A stretch of DNA of 63,928 nt, the filler included, from Hyphochytrium catenoides (taxonomy: Eukaryota; Protista; Hyphochytriomycota), in the NCBI GenBank assembly GCA_900088475.1. It is 10 parts of 10 records of this genome, joined end to end, with 100 filler letters (N's around TTAATTAATTAA, not from the genome) between each part and the next. Parts side by side here need not be neighbours in the genome. Positions count along the whole stretch, not along the records: positions 11,309 to 34,506 come from FLMG01003690.1; 9 more parts are not named here. One strand, 5' to 3'. The notes under the pieces were generated by a model. The model had not been told where the DNA came from and ran no database searches. It saw nothing but the letters and a program-made list of their open reading frames with translations. This document shows, piece by piece, positions 11,311 to 22,463 of this stretch (positions are counted from its first letter, which is position 1; every line of letters begins with the position of its first letter). The position numbers and the translations under genes are program-made.

Positions 11311-13446
11311 ATGTTCCTGGAGGGCAGCGGACTTCCTCTTAATCGCCTTGCCAATCTCACGAGAGATACCCTGAGGATCGGAGGATATGCAGACGCCGAC
11401 CTGGGAAATCGGTTGGTGGTCACAGCGACCAAGACGAATATCTCCACCGCGGGAGGTGTGGGTGGCAACCCGAGGTCAATCGCCTACGAGACCAGAAATC
11501 TCAGTGGCTGCAGCCTGGACGCCTATAAAAGGAGCGTCAGGACCACGCTATTCGGCCGTACAGCAAGCATCATAGCCTACTGCCTCTCAGGAAAGGTGAC
11601 AACCGACTATGCAGCCGTCCGCTCGCACTTCCTTTCCTATTACACAGGGGGCAAAGGCGACACCCCGTACAAGATCAGCACGAATGACTACATTTCCATG
11701 GCTAACGAGGTGCCAGTGGTGGACATTGCAGGAAGCATGGCAACTGTTCCTTCCAGAGACTTCCGGCCTGGTGAGGAGGGCAGTCTGGACCTTGTCTCAG
11801 ACCAAGTCCTGCTGCAAGCTCTTTTGAAGACGTCAGACCGCTGTCACTTGCTTTTCTTCAATAAGAATGATGATGTGGCTACCGCTATCGCCAGCAATCG
11901 GCCGTTCTCGTACAGCAAGATCATCAACTCTGCCGGACTGGCGGAGTTCTCGTACGTGGCTGTGAGCGAGCTTTGCTACTGGGAGATGCAGAAGGAGCTG
12001 CGAGAGGGTTACGGACTGAGATATGAGCTTCGTCAGACGATTAGCACCTCCAGTGAGTCTATCGATGTGGCTCTCGGAGGCGATGTGGGTATCAGCTCTG
12101 GATATATTGCCGTGTACCTGTCGGGCCTCGTCATGGGCAGCCTGGTCATTTCCATCCTCATCAGCGTCAGGTACTACGCGCCACTGCTCAAGCGGCTGGT
12201 ACTTACCTTTGTAGCTTACCAAGAGAAAATAATGGAGTCCGATGCTGATGGAGAGGACAAAGAGAGACTCCAAGGAAAGAAGTGCAGGGTTGTTCTGAAA
12301 GAAGGGTACAGGTTGGAAGATATCTCTTCCACAGAGTATTTGCTCTATTTGTCGAATGCATCGGAGAGGATCCAATGTGAACTCCCAGCCTCTCTTCGCG
12401 TGGTAGCATGCATTCCTAACGTTGTCTACTTACTGATCAGCTCCCTGGGTGTGGAGTGTGAGTATCTGAGCCCGATGTTTGCTGTTACCTGCACTGACAA
12501 AGGCTTTGAGCGCACTCTATTCGACAATATGGACGTCCGCTCTATGTTAGCAGCTATCGGCATTGCGCTGTCTATCTCTGCCTCCGGGACCTTTGGTGTT
12601 CAATCCATGTCCACAAGATTGCGTCGGCTGCTGCACGCGCTAATCCTGGTCATTGGCGTCAGCTTCTCCTCTCTAGCTCTCAGTCGCTCAGGAGGTAGCA
12701 ATTCCCTTCTTCTAAGTTTCTTGCAAGCACAGATGCCCCTCGAGCTCTTAGCTGCTATCGTCCTCATCACAGCTGCCATTAAAGTCCACTTTGGCTCCGG
12801 AAAGGGATACTCTAGCGCTAGTCGGGCCAAGGGCGTGCTTTCAACCACTGTCAACGCTGGTCCGCGGCTGCACAGCACCCGGCAACTCCTAGATTTGGCC
12901 ACCCGGTTGCCTCAGATCCGAGTAGATGCGCGTTGGGTGCATGAGAACGAGGCTGTGTTGAGTGGACCTCTCGTTCTGGATCTTCTGGTTAGTTGGCTAG
13001 TGAGATGCGATCCTAGGCTACCTCTCTGTGAGCTGATCACCATCAGAAAAGATGGCACCTTAAGCTACATTTACTGCAGGCGGCTCTTGCCTTCCTCCTC
13101 CTATCAACCCACTACAAAGAGCTCGACAACAACTTTATTGCAGGCGATAGGAGGAGAAGAAAAAGGAGAGAAAGATAAGCAGGGCAGTGGTGTGCTCCTT
13201 GCCAGAGTGAGAGCCCAAGGCAGACTTGGAGCCAAGCTATTGGAGCTGACAGGGTTGGCGAAAACCCTCGAGACAGTTGCTATTGAAGTACCAGCAAACG
13301 AGAAATGGACCAAGAGGATGGTTGAGGAGGCAGAAGAAGAGAAGAGTAAATTTCTACCGCGAAGGGCAGGGGGCGCAAAGTTCCAGCTGTCCATCGGGGT
13401 GGCAGAGTTCTTCGCTCTTTGCCTCAACCAGAAGCGCTTTGCCTAG
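11311..13446 (+). CDS. Uncharacterised intronless multi-pass membrane protein (711 aa; 5' end may be truncated by scaffold edge)
   Basis: Long uninterrupted ORF: ~260-aa polar N-domain, TM-like GYIAVYLSGLVMGSLVISILISV, 3-4 further hydrophobic segments and a polar C-domain. No family recognised. Confidence 0.75.
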   Translation: MFLEGSGLPLNRLANLTRDTLRIGGYADADLGNRLVVTATKTNISTAGGVGGNPRSIAYETRNLSGCSLDAYKRSVRTTLFGRTASIIAYCLSGKVTTDYAAVRSHFLSYYTGGKGDTPYKISTNDYISMANEVPVVDIAGSMATVPSRDFRPGEEGSLDLVSDQVLLQALLKTSDRCHLLFFNKNDDVATAIASNRPFSYSKIINSAGLAEFSYVAVSELCYWEMQKELREGYGLRYELRQTISTSSESIDVALGGDVGISSGYIAVYLSGLVMGSLVISILISVRYYAPLLKRLVLTFVAYQEKIMESDADGEDKERLQGKKCRVVLKEGYRLEDISSTEYLLYLSNASERIQCELPASLRVVACIPNVVYLLISSLGVECEYLSPMFAVTCTDKGFERTLFDNMDVRSMLAAIGIALSISASGTFGVQSMSTRLRRLLHALILVIGVSFSSLALSRSGGSNSLLLSFLQAQMPLELLAAIVLITAAIKVHFGSGKGYSSASRAKGVLSTTVNAGPRLHSTRQLLDLATRLPQIRVDARWVHENEAVLSGPLVLDLLVSWLVRCDPRLPLCELITIRKDGTLSYIYCRRLLPSSSYQPTTKSSTTTLLQAIGGEEKGEKDKQGSGVLLARVRAQGRLGAKLLELTGLAKTLETVAIEVPANEKWTKRMVEEAEEEKSKFLPRRAGGAKFQLSIGVAEFFALCLNQKRFA

Positions 13447-14322
13447 GTTATCTGCAGTGTACGCACCTTAGCTCAAGATGTCACCTCGGTCATGAGGCAC
13501 TCTCTCTGTACCATCCATAACTCTTATCAATAAGATGACTTTTCTTCTTCTGCTCAGTGGATGACTTTTCTTGTTCTGGCTCAGCTAGCTCACAAAGACT
13601 GCAGTCTCTTCAATCACTACGCGGTAATATTAATTTACTCTCTTAAGTGGCTGATCACTTCGATGAACGTGCTCGAGTATTACCAAGAGTTCTGTCTCTA
13701 GCCTTCAACCCATCTCCCGAGGCCATGCATCGCAAATTCACCTAATGTGAAGCCTTCTTTTGCTATCCCGAGAATCTAAGGATTAGTAGTCCTCTCTGCC
13801 GCGTAATGGCTGGACCACTTGATGGTGGTGCTGCCACAAGGCAGTAGGACTAGGTGAGAGGTAACAAGCGGCGTCAAAGAAGAGAGGCGCCGAGATGATC
13901 AAGCTCACGGTGTAGATTACACAGCCATCAAGACACTGTCGTCCTCTTTTACAGGTACGGTGGTAGGTTGTGGCTATGACCCTTTTGGGTCTGAATGAGC
14001 TAGATTTATAGTCGCTAGTCAATCATGAGATGGTTGTCTTATGAAAGGCCGCAGGCTCCTGCTCTCCTGCCCTCCCCGAGTTCTCTTTATCGCCAGTGAA
14101 TGTCCGGAGAGTATCAGACTCTTGACTGCGATCCCCTTTCTTTTACTTGCTCTGCCTCTTAGTCCTTGTTGTTACGTGGTTGACATGTAGATGGCGTAAA
14201 GATGAGAGAAAATGAAGGATGGAATGATGAAGGACAGGATGATCCTCTTGAGGAGCTGGAGTTGTGAGCCACATCTTCCCTCTGTGGCAACGATGCATGA
14301 AGTTCTTCAGCAGGAATGGCGC

Positions 14323-16623
14323 CTATTCTCCCGACGAGTCTCTCGGCCGGCGATGGGCATTGCTCTCTCCTCCTCTCCAGTTCCGCATAGGGGCTTCATA
14401 AGAGACGGACGCGGTTATAAAGAACAGCCGACTAGGAGCTATGAGCTCCGTGTTGTTGGGTTGCTGACGAGGCGTTGGGTCTAAACCCACAATCCTTCGA
14501 TCGCTAGCTAAAAGAGAAGCCGATCCCGTTGACCTAGACGAAGTCAACATGAGATGATAGAGCAGAGGAAGAGAAAAGACGATGATAGAGGTCAGCCTTG
14601 CAACGATGAAGCTATCTGTCGTGATATCCAAGCCCGATCGCCCATCATGGTCGTTCTTTGCCGCCACCCCGTCCTCAAAGAGCTTTGTGACGCGCAAGAT
14701 AGTCCTAGAGCGGATGTAGAGGCCGCCGTCTTGAAAAATGACATCATAGAGGAACCAGGCTTGAGTAGCAAGCAGCGGAAGCAGGACAGCTGCACCTAGG
14801 AACGTTTTACTGACGAAGTGAGCACCAGGAAGATCTGGGCTGTTTCCTTGTCGAAAAGGTAGAATGGCGTCAGAGAAAAGGCAGCCAAGGAAGAGAAGAC
14901 ACCAGGCAAACAGCGCTAGACAGCGCTCATCGTATTGAAAGGCGTCCGAGAGGGAAAGAAAGAGGGCCACTACTTGGAGAAGAAGGAAAGAGAAGTCAAA
15001 GGAAGAGACACAGAGCAGCCTCAGTATGTGTACATTCCATAGCGTAGAGAGGTGACCGAACGTCACAGCATTCCAAAGAAGAGCGACTGTGGCAACGATA
15101 ATAGAGGGAGAGGACCACATCTCAGACTGGACTAGACAGGACCGTCTAAGCTTCCCAAGGATCAGAGCTGCAGGAATCGTCCACACCCCAAGAGCCATTA
15201 GCATCCGCATAGAGACGGGAGCCGTGGTTGTAGGGCGCTGCGCTCTTTTGCCACCAGACTTTGCAAAGGAAAACGGTGTCACCCGTTGTTGAAAGCTCTG
15301 TCTCCTCCCAATACAAGGTAGAAATTTGCTTAGTCGATCAACCATGACATAGTAAAGAGAGTGCTCAGCGTCCGGGTGACCAAAGGCTTGAGGCGTAGAG
15401 AAAAGGAGAGTCACGAGGTCTTTCTCCTGTGGCCTTGACGCTGGCAACTGGTTTTCGTTGACGTCCACAGCGCCTAGACTTAGGACCATATTACCCTGCT
15501 GACCAGCTGATGCTAACCCATGACGAGGTGATAGAGGGCAAAGAAGAAGCGGCCACTGCAAAGTTCGACACTGGACAACTCTCTTACTCCGAACAACACT
15601 GGTCTGTCGCCCGTCTTCCGCTCCACGCTTTCTCAGCCGACGGACAATGGATCGCCCTCCTTGAAGCACCCACGGGACGATATAGATTATGATAGTCAGT
15701 GCACAGTTGACGACGATGTCCTCTCCCGTTAGCTCTCTAGTCCCCAGAGGCCACCTAAGGACCTTCCCGCCTCTAAACACTTTGAAGACTATGCTTCCTG
15801 CGAGGATCGCATGGAAGATGAGCCCGATCAGATAGGACCAGAAGTTGGACGCACTGGACCTAAAGCCATAATGATAGCTATCTTTGAATGGCCCTGCCAA
15901 TATACATATCAGACCAGCTGCAGTGGAGAGAAAGAATCCACGGGTACCGCCCAACATAATGCCTGCTGTGCACCACATGGCGAAACCTAGCAGAATAATA
16001 GCCCAGAACTGGACATGAGGGACGGAACTTCTCAGCAGAGTGAGGTTGAGACACAAGACGATTTGTATGTTGGCCGGAAGAGCACCGATGAATGCATAGA
16101 CTGAGAGGTAAGTCCCAGCTTCATCGTCTGCAAGTAAGGCACAGCAGATGGCAATGAGTGCAGCATTGTAGAGCAAAAGAGAGACATCCACCACCTTCCT
16201 ATGTCGGCGTAAGCTGTTGAAGAATCTTTGGTGCCCATCTCGACCAAAGATGAGGCCTCATATAGAGTCATTGAAGTCCACGGTTGCTCCGCTTCCTCTT
16301 CCATCTCTATCTTTGATGGGGCTCAGAAGGGGAGTGAACTCCCAGCTTATTACGCTCTTTGGGCTTATGTCACTCAGCATTTTCTCTTCGGCTTTTACCT
16401 TGTCATTGGCATCCTCGGCTCCCCCGTTGGCATTCCTTTGTGTCTGGCTGTCGTTCTCCCTTCTCTGAGCTGTAGTGGCTACCAGATCTTTTCGGTCTGC
16501 TGCTCGCTGGTTGACTTCTTTGAAAGCTTCTTTGGCTGAGGGCTTGTGGGTCCGTTGTAAGAAGGTTTCTTGTTGCTCTCCGTCAGTCATCGGGGATCCC
16601 GGCAGCGATATTACTGGTGCCAT
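14323..16623 (-). pseudogene. Multi-pass membrane protein family, copy 1 (single in-frame TGA at 16258-16260; pseudogene or recoded)
   Basis: ORFs 16258-16623 and 14323-16194 are in the same frame. Read-through gives VDFNDSI*GLIFGRDGHQRFFNSLRRHRKVV, collinear with the paralogues. Shared motifs LTGED, QWPL, SFDF, YDERCL, TDSFIVAR. Confidence 0.8.
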
Positions 16624-18258
16624 CGTAGTGTTTCCGCCTGGACAGGGTTATCTTTGATGGATGCGCTTGTGCTCGCTCAGCTGTCGCCGACCCTTCCACG
16701 CAGACTGTAGGAGATCCCCCTTCTTCAACTGCAACGGAGCAGGCTCACGCGCGAGCACGTCATCCAATTCTGGAGAGTATTCGTGCACGAGACGCCTTCA
16801 TTGTCCTTTATGCTGAGACTCCTTCGCCCTGGAGCATTAGGATCTTTACCCCTTCTTTCATACCTCATATCACCTGCGGGAACACTCTTATCTTTCAAAC
16901 CATCTCATATCTGTTAACTGAGGGTTGATACCTTTCTTCTCTCTATGTGGGTTCAATATCTCCGCTTTGTTTCGTCAGCTCTCATATGTTCATCTTTTGC
17001 CCTCTTGCTCTCCGTTCACCCTTTCTCTCTCTATCTCTTCTTGTCTCATACTACTCTTCTTCGCATCTTTGTCTCCGCGCTTTCTCTACACCCTCGCTAG
17101 GTCTACTCGGTGCAGTCGCTACCAACCCAGGCCGACGATCAGCATCAACCCACCGGTCATGCCCCAGTCCTTTCCTTTCCTTCCCTCTCCACCCCTCCCT
17201 TTGTCCTCGTAGTCATCTTCTCTGCACTTGGTCGATGACAGCGGCGTGGCATGCACTCTCAATCCTCTTCTCCTCTTAGTAAGTAGGGGAGCAGATCTTC
17301 AAGCCAGTTCAAGGCCAAGCGGCAGGAGATGCAAGCAGTGCACTAACCATCCGGGCTGCTGAGGCAAGGTCTTGTAACGCGCCAACCCGTTGTAGAGATT
17401 CACTTGTCTATTGAATGGATAATAGCAGTACTTGTGACCAGAGGTGGTCCATATGAGAGACGGGTGAACCATACCCCTGTTCCTCACACAGGCGGTCCCC
17501 GTAGACAAGTTACCCCAAGACCTCTTCCCCCAATGAAACGCCTCCCAGAGCGACCTCCACAGTGGACCATGGGACGTTGTTGAGCCTCGATTAAGCTAAG
17601 ACTCCATTTGTAGAGGGTCAACACAATAAATTACAGGCCTATTACCGCTAACGGCCGGCACTACCGTTTCCTTGTCTTTGAGAGCCAAAATCAAGCTCTT
17701 TCTCCCGCTAAACTTTGTCACAGTGAAAGGAGGAGGCGGCAGCAGCTTGGTCGAGCCAGCGCGCGGCTGCCATCATCATCGATCGCTCATTAACTTCTTT
17801 ATGATCCCAACACGGTGATGATGATGGGAGAAGAGCGACGAGGGGTGGACGAAGAGGACGCGGAGGGAATGATTATCATGGTTACGGCGGGCAGCCTAGA
17901 CTAACAAACCAACTTCATCGCTCGCTCTCCTCGGCGTACCCTTAAGAGAACTGAGTCATTCCCGGTGACCGGATGTAGCGCAGAGAAGAGCACGCCGCCT
18001 GGCGTTATGTTAATTAACAGAAAGATATTTAGACTTCAAGGTAAGGCAAGTGGGTCCCCTCTTTAGAAGACTGGCACGGAAAGGTCTCGCACTCCTTGGT
18101 TCCGCAGCATAAGAGGTAGTCTCGTCTTCGCAGCAGCATAAGAGGTCCCTCCTCGTTTCTTCTAGCCGACAATAGCTCTATAATAATAAAGTGTCGTTCG
18201 GAGGTTGTCTAATGTAGCAACGACAATGACGCGTCCTACACTGTCAGCCAATAAGACC

Positions 18259-20706
18259 TCATGGTGGCTTTCGCACGGGAATCTCGTAAGAAACACGTGT
18301 TGTGAGGAAGAAAAGTTCTCTATCACGGCGTCTTCCTGTCCATTGCAAGGCAGTTGATGGTGTAGCTGGCAGGCACTTCCTCTTCCATAGATGATCTGCC
18401 CCTGAGGTTACCCTCACTTCTCTTTGCTTATGATGTGCCGCTTCTAGAGCATCGCCCCAAAGAGAAGGCGTCATTGAGAGAGATTGGGCCAGTAGATGGT
18501 GCAAGAGCGGTAGCGAGAAAAGAATGATTGAGACCTGTCTTGCCACGATGAAGCTGTCAACACTAAAGTCCAGGACTGTGGCCGCACCTAGTGACCTTGA
18601 TCCCTCCTTCCCTTCTTCCTGGATCGTCTCAACCACCCCTTCTTCGCGATGTTTGGTTATCTGCAGCACCGTTCGCGAGCGAAGGTAGTCACTACCTCGT
18701 CCGAAGGTCAAGTCGTAGAGAAAAGCACATTGAATTGCGAGCAACGGCAGCATCAACCCTAAGCCCTGGAAACGCTTAGTGATAGCCTTCTCACAATGAC
18801 GACGGACGCTGCCGTCTTCTTCTTCCTCTGGCAACACTGGAAGAATGCAGTCACTAAACAAACACGCCACGTATAAAAGACACCATGACAGAAGAATCAG
18901 ACAGCGCTCGTCATACTCGAAAGCGTCGCAGTATGAGAAGAAAAGCATGAATGCCTGAAACGTAAGAAACCAAAAGTCGAATGAAGAGCGGAGAACTAGG
19001 CGAAGAAGCTGCACATTCCAGACTCTGGAGAGATAGACGAAAGCAGCCAAATTCCAAAGCAACGTGGTGACTCCAATCACAATGGACAGCGAGGTGAGAG
19101 ACTCATGAGACATTGTCTTTCTCCTGTTCCCGATGATGTATCCAGCTGGGATCATGCACGCAGCACCGTAGAAGATCAAAACTCTGACCAGCACGATAAG
19201 CCACCCCTCGAAAGGTTCTCTTGTCTCCACCTTGTCCGCCTTTCTTCTGGGACCATCGGTCTCGACCGCAGGCGCAGCTGTACTTCCCTGTCCAACCGCA
19301 GCAGAAGGAGGAGCTTCTACATGGATCTTCTTTGGCTTTGCATGGGCCTTGCCTTCAGACTGAGAGTTCTTCCTGCGTAACCAGTCCGTCAGTCTCTTAA
19401 AGAGGACAGACCCAAGCGCTATGAACCGGTTATAGCAGAAGGAAAATAGATCCTCTCTTGGATGCAGCAGCCGCCGTGTCCTTGTGGGCCTTTCAAGGGT
19501 TAACCCCACGATAGCGTCCATTTGTGCTTCTCCTTCTCCACCAGCTCTACCTTCCTGCTGTTCCTTGAGGGCGGTCTGTACATCTCTTCTCGCTGGAACT
19601 TGAACCCTAGTAGTTCCATGTGGCTGACCTATCCCACCAACAGCAAACGACAACGCCGGCGGGACGCTGCAACAACTTCCTTTGCTGGTATCTACTACTA
19701 CTGATGCATCGTCAGCTATTTCAAGTGTAAGAGGCCACTGCATGCTGGAGCAGAATATCCTTCTAGTTAGCATTGCCCTCTTTTCTTCTGTCCTCTCCTC
19801 CCTCGGTGGCAGCGTTTGGGAAGAAGAAGGAGCTGTCTTGAGAGTAACTCTTCCACTACTTCCCCAGCGTTCGAAAGCCTTCCGTCTTCGAAGGATAGAT
19901 ATGCGGCTCGTGGCGATCAGATAAGGGATAAGGAAGAATATTGCTGTGCCCGCACAGTTGACGACTAAATCCTCTCCTGTTAGCTGACGGCTGCCGACGG
20001 TCCACCTTAGTACCCGACCACCACGAAAGACCTTCATTGATATACTAGCAGCCAACATTATATAGAGAAGGGTGGCGAAGAGGTAGCCCCAGAAACTTCC
20101 TGACGATTGCCTGGCACGGTAGTGGTTGCAATCCATCAGCGGGCCTCCCGTCACAGCGAGCAAGAGCCCAGCGCTGCAGAGAAATGTGCCACGTATACCT
20201 CCAAATGTCATCCCAACCGTCGTCCACAGCGCCAACAGAAGGAGGTGAGTTATCCAAAACTGGGCGCTCTGTGCTGACTTCTGGAGAAGCTTAGGATTGA
20301 TGCTCAAGAGTAGCTGCACGCTTCCTGGGAGGATACCCAGAGCTGCGAAGGCCGACAAATAGGTTCCTGTTGCCTCGCCCACGACTAGTGCAACAGTTAA
20401 TGCGCCAATAGCCAGATTGTAGGTAAGCAAGACAGTCTTGGCAATAAATCTGTGACGGCGGATGGCGCGAAAGTAGCGCTGATGCGCCTGTGGGCCGAAG
20501 AGATAACTCATAAACGACTCATTAAAGTCCACGACCACCGTCCCCAGCCTCCGGTCCTCCTCGTTCTCAAGAAGAGGAACCAACTGCCAAGCTCTGAGCT
20601 TTCTCTTAGAGGAGTCAGCCGCCAGATCCTCAGCTGGTTGAACGTCTTTTCTATTAGGAGTTTGTCTCTCAAACAAATGTCCAGGAGACGGCGAAGCGGG
20701 GGCCAT
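18259..20706 (-). CDS. Multi-pass membrane protein family, copy 2 (intact, intronless, 815 aa)
   Basis: About 10-12 hydrophobic segments in two blocks; motifs VDFNES, FRGGRVLRW, RQLTGED, QWPL, SSFDFWFL, CDAFEYDERCL, FSDCILP, DSFIVARQ, LFFLTTRVSYEIP. Confidence 0.9.
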   Translation of the reverse strand: MAPASPSPGHLFERQTPNRKDVQPAEDLAADSSKRKLRAWQLVPLLENEEDRRLGTVVVDFNESFMSYLFGPQAHQRYFRAIRRHRFIAKTVLLTYNLAIGALTVALVVGEATGTYLSAFAALGILPGSVQLLLSINPKLLQKSAQSAQFWITHLLLLALWTTVGMTFGGIRGTFLCSAGLLLAVTGGPLMDCNHYRARQSSGSFWGYLFATLLYIMLAASISMKVFRGGRVLRWTVGSRQLTGEDLVVNCAGTAIFFLIPYLIATSRISILRRRKAFERWGSSGRVTLKTAPSSSQTLPPREERTEEKRAMLTRRIFCSSMQWPLTLEIADDASVVVDTSKGSCCSVPPALSFAVGGIGQPHGTTRVQVPARRDVQTALKEQQEGRAGGEGEAQMDAIVGLTLERPTRTRRLLHPREDLFSFCYNRFIALGSVLFKRLTDWLRRKNSQSEGKAHAKPKKIHVEAPPSAAVGQGSTAAPAVETDGPRRKADKVETREPFEGWLIVLVRVLIFYGAACMIPAGYIIGNRRKTMSHESLTSLSIVIGVTTLLWNLAAFVYLSRVWNVQLLRLVLRSSFDFWFLTFQAFMLFFSYCDAFEYDERCLILLSWCLLYVACLFSDCILPVLPEEEEDGSVRRHCEKAITKRFQGLGLMLPLLAIQCAFLYDLTFGRGSDYLRSRTVLQITKHREEGVVETIQEEGKEGSRSLGAATVLDFSVDSFIVARQVSIILFSLPLLHHLLAQSLSMTPSLWGDALEAAHHKQREVRVTSGADHLWKRKCLPATPSTALQWTGRRRDRELFFLTTRVSYEIPVRKPP

Positions 20707-21591
20707 TTATTCCTCTTGGAGCGAGATTGGCTTGGAGAATGCTCTCACACACATTTCTTCTTCATCAGATGCAAATGTCGTTGACTTCAACAGCGGAACC
20801 GCCGTTAGATCAGAGCTGCTGCTTTGATCAGCTGCGGCCAGTTCAATGAGTTGACTGTCCTGGACAGGAGGAGCTTGTCATAGCTCTCCGCTGTGTTACT
20901 TTCCGCTTGACCAACAAGCTAGTTCCGCGCTGCGCGAGGAGAGAGGGAGGTCTCAGCTGCTAAGGCCCTGGCATCTGGGCTAAAAGCCCATCACCAGCCT
21001 GGCAATAATCAAACTCTTTTCCTCTTTTCTTCCCTAATGTTCTCCATCCCTTATGCAAGGTTTGTCAGCGTCCTGCATGTCTGCTTTCCTTCTCCTTTCT
21101 TCCTCCTGTCGTCCCAACCTCTTCCGATAGTTCATAGTTGTTGTCCGTGCCTGAGAGCATCAGGCGGATCAGGCGGAACTGTGTAGTTCTTTCCACCTCC
21201 TCCATGCCAAGGACCCGAAGTTCCTGGATTAGGAAGAGACAGAGCCGAGGACTATTGATAAGGACTGAAGGAGAGAAGAGGATGGTGACAAGAGGACGAG
21301 GGGCAGTTTGTAGAAGAGAGAGGAAGGGAAGAGAGAGAGTGAGGAGGAAGACAGAGGAGGGAGAGAGCACCAAGAAGAGAGAATAAGAGCGCGAGAGAGA
21401 GAATTTGGATTGGACGACTGGTGCGAAGAACGAGACAGTCAGATATGACATAGGGAAGGAGAGAGACGAGAGATGGAGAGAGAGCGACAGAGAGAGAGAG
21501 AGGAGAGAGGAGAGCAGTGAGTAGAGGAGAGAGAGGAGAGAGAGGAGAGAGGAGGAGAGAGGGATGGAGAGGGGGGAAGAGTGGGAGGAGA

Positions 21592-21630
<39 letters not shown>

Positions 21631-22463
21631 GAAAGAGAAGAAAAAAGAGAGAGAGAGAGAGAGAGAGATGAGAAAGAGAAGAAAAAAGAGAGAGAGAGAG
21701 AGAGAAAAGTATGGCGCTCGATCGTCCATCTTGTAACCGCCGACACTTTGAAACGCCTACAGTTCATAAGTGAGCTGTCCAAATATCGTCGCCTTCGGTA
21801 TCTATCAAGGCAACAAGCCACCCTAAACGTACAATCACCTGTTATGCGAAACCTGTCCTTGGATAGTCGTATTAAACATGTCACTGATAAGCGGAAATTC
21901 CAGAGAGACAGAGACCCAGAAAACTGATGACGAAGGTGACGTTATCTGCCGCCACGGACCTTGGGCTCCAGAGGAGGATGTTAGACTTGTGATGATGCCA
22001 CAGGACGACGGGCGCCGCAGCGACGGGCCGCCTGCCCTGTCGGTCGTGGAACTACTCCTCACTCACTGATGATCCAGCAAGCTGCCTTCGGTGAGCAGGA
22101 CTGAACAACACGGATCAGAGCATCGTGGATGACAGTTCAGTTGCTTTAATGTCTCTATTCGGATCTCACGACCTGCGCATCACAAGCAAACCTATCATGA
22201 ACATGATGAAAGAACGTCTGTTGTCTGTCTAGGAATGATGTTTCCGGCCTCGCGAATAGTGCTGCTAGTAGTGGGTCAACCCGTAGGCAGGTCTGCATGG
22301 CTGGCAGTATCATCATATGCCACTAAGAAACAGTGAGGACGTCAAGAAGGAGACGCCTTATTGATGAACATCTGCAGGCGTCCTTCTTGTTCTTCTTGGT
22401 CTCTGGCGCGGCGCGGCCAGGTTTGATTTGTTCTTGTCCCTTCTTTGATCTCTCCTGTCTGCG

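Noticed and set aside
13533-13586. ~26-bp tandem duplication gatgacttttcttcttctgctcag (similar small one near 18103-18155)
   Set aside because: Only two copies with no spacers; ordinary slippage, not a CRISPR array.
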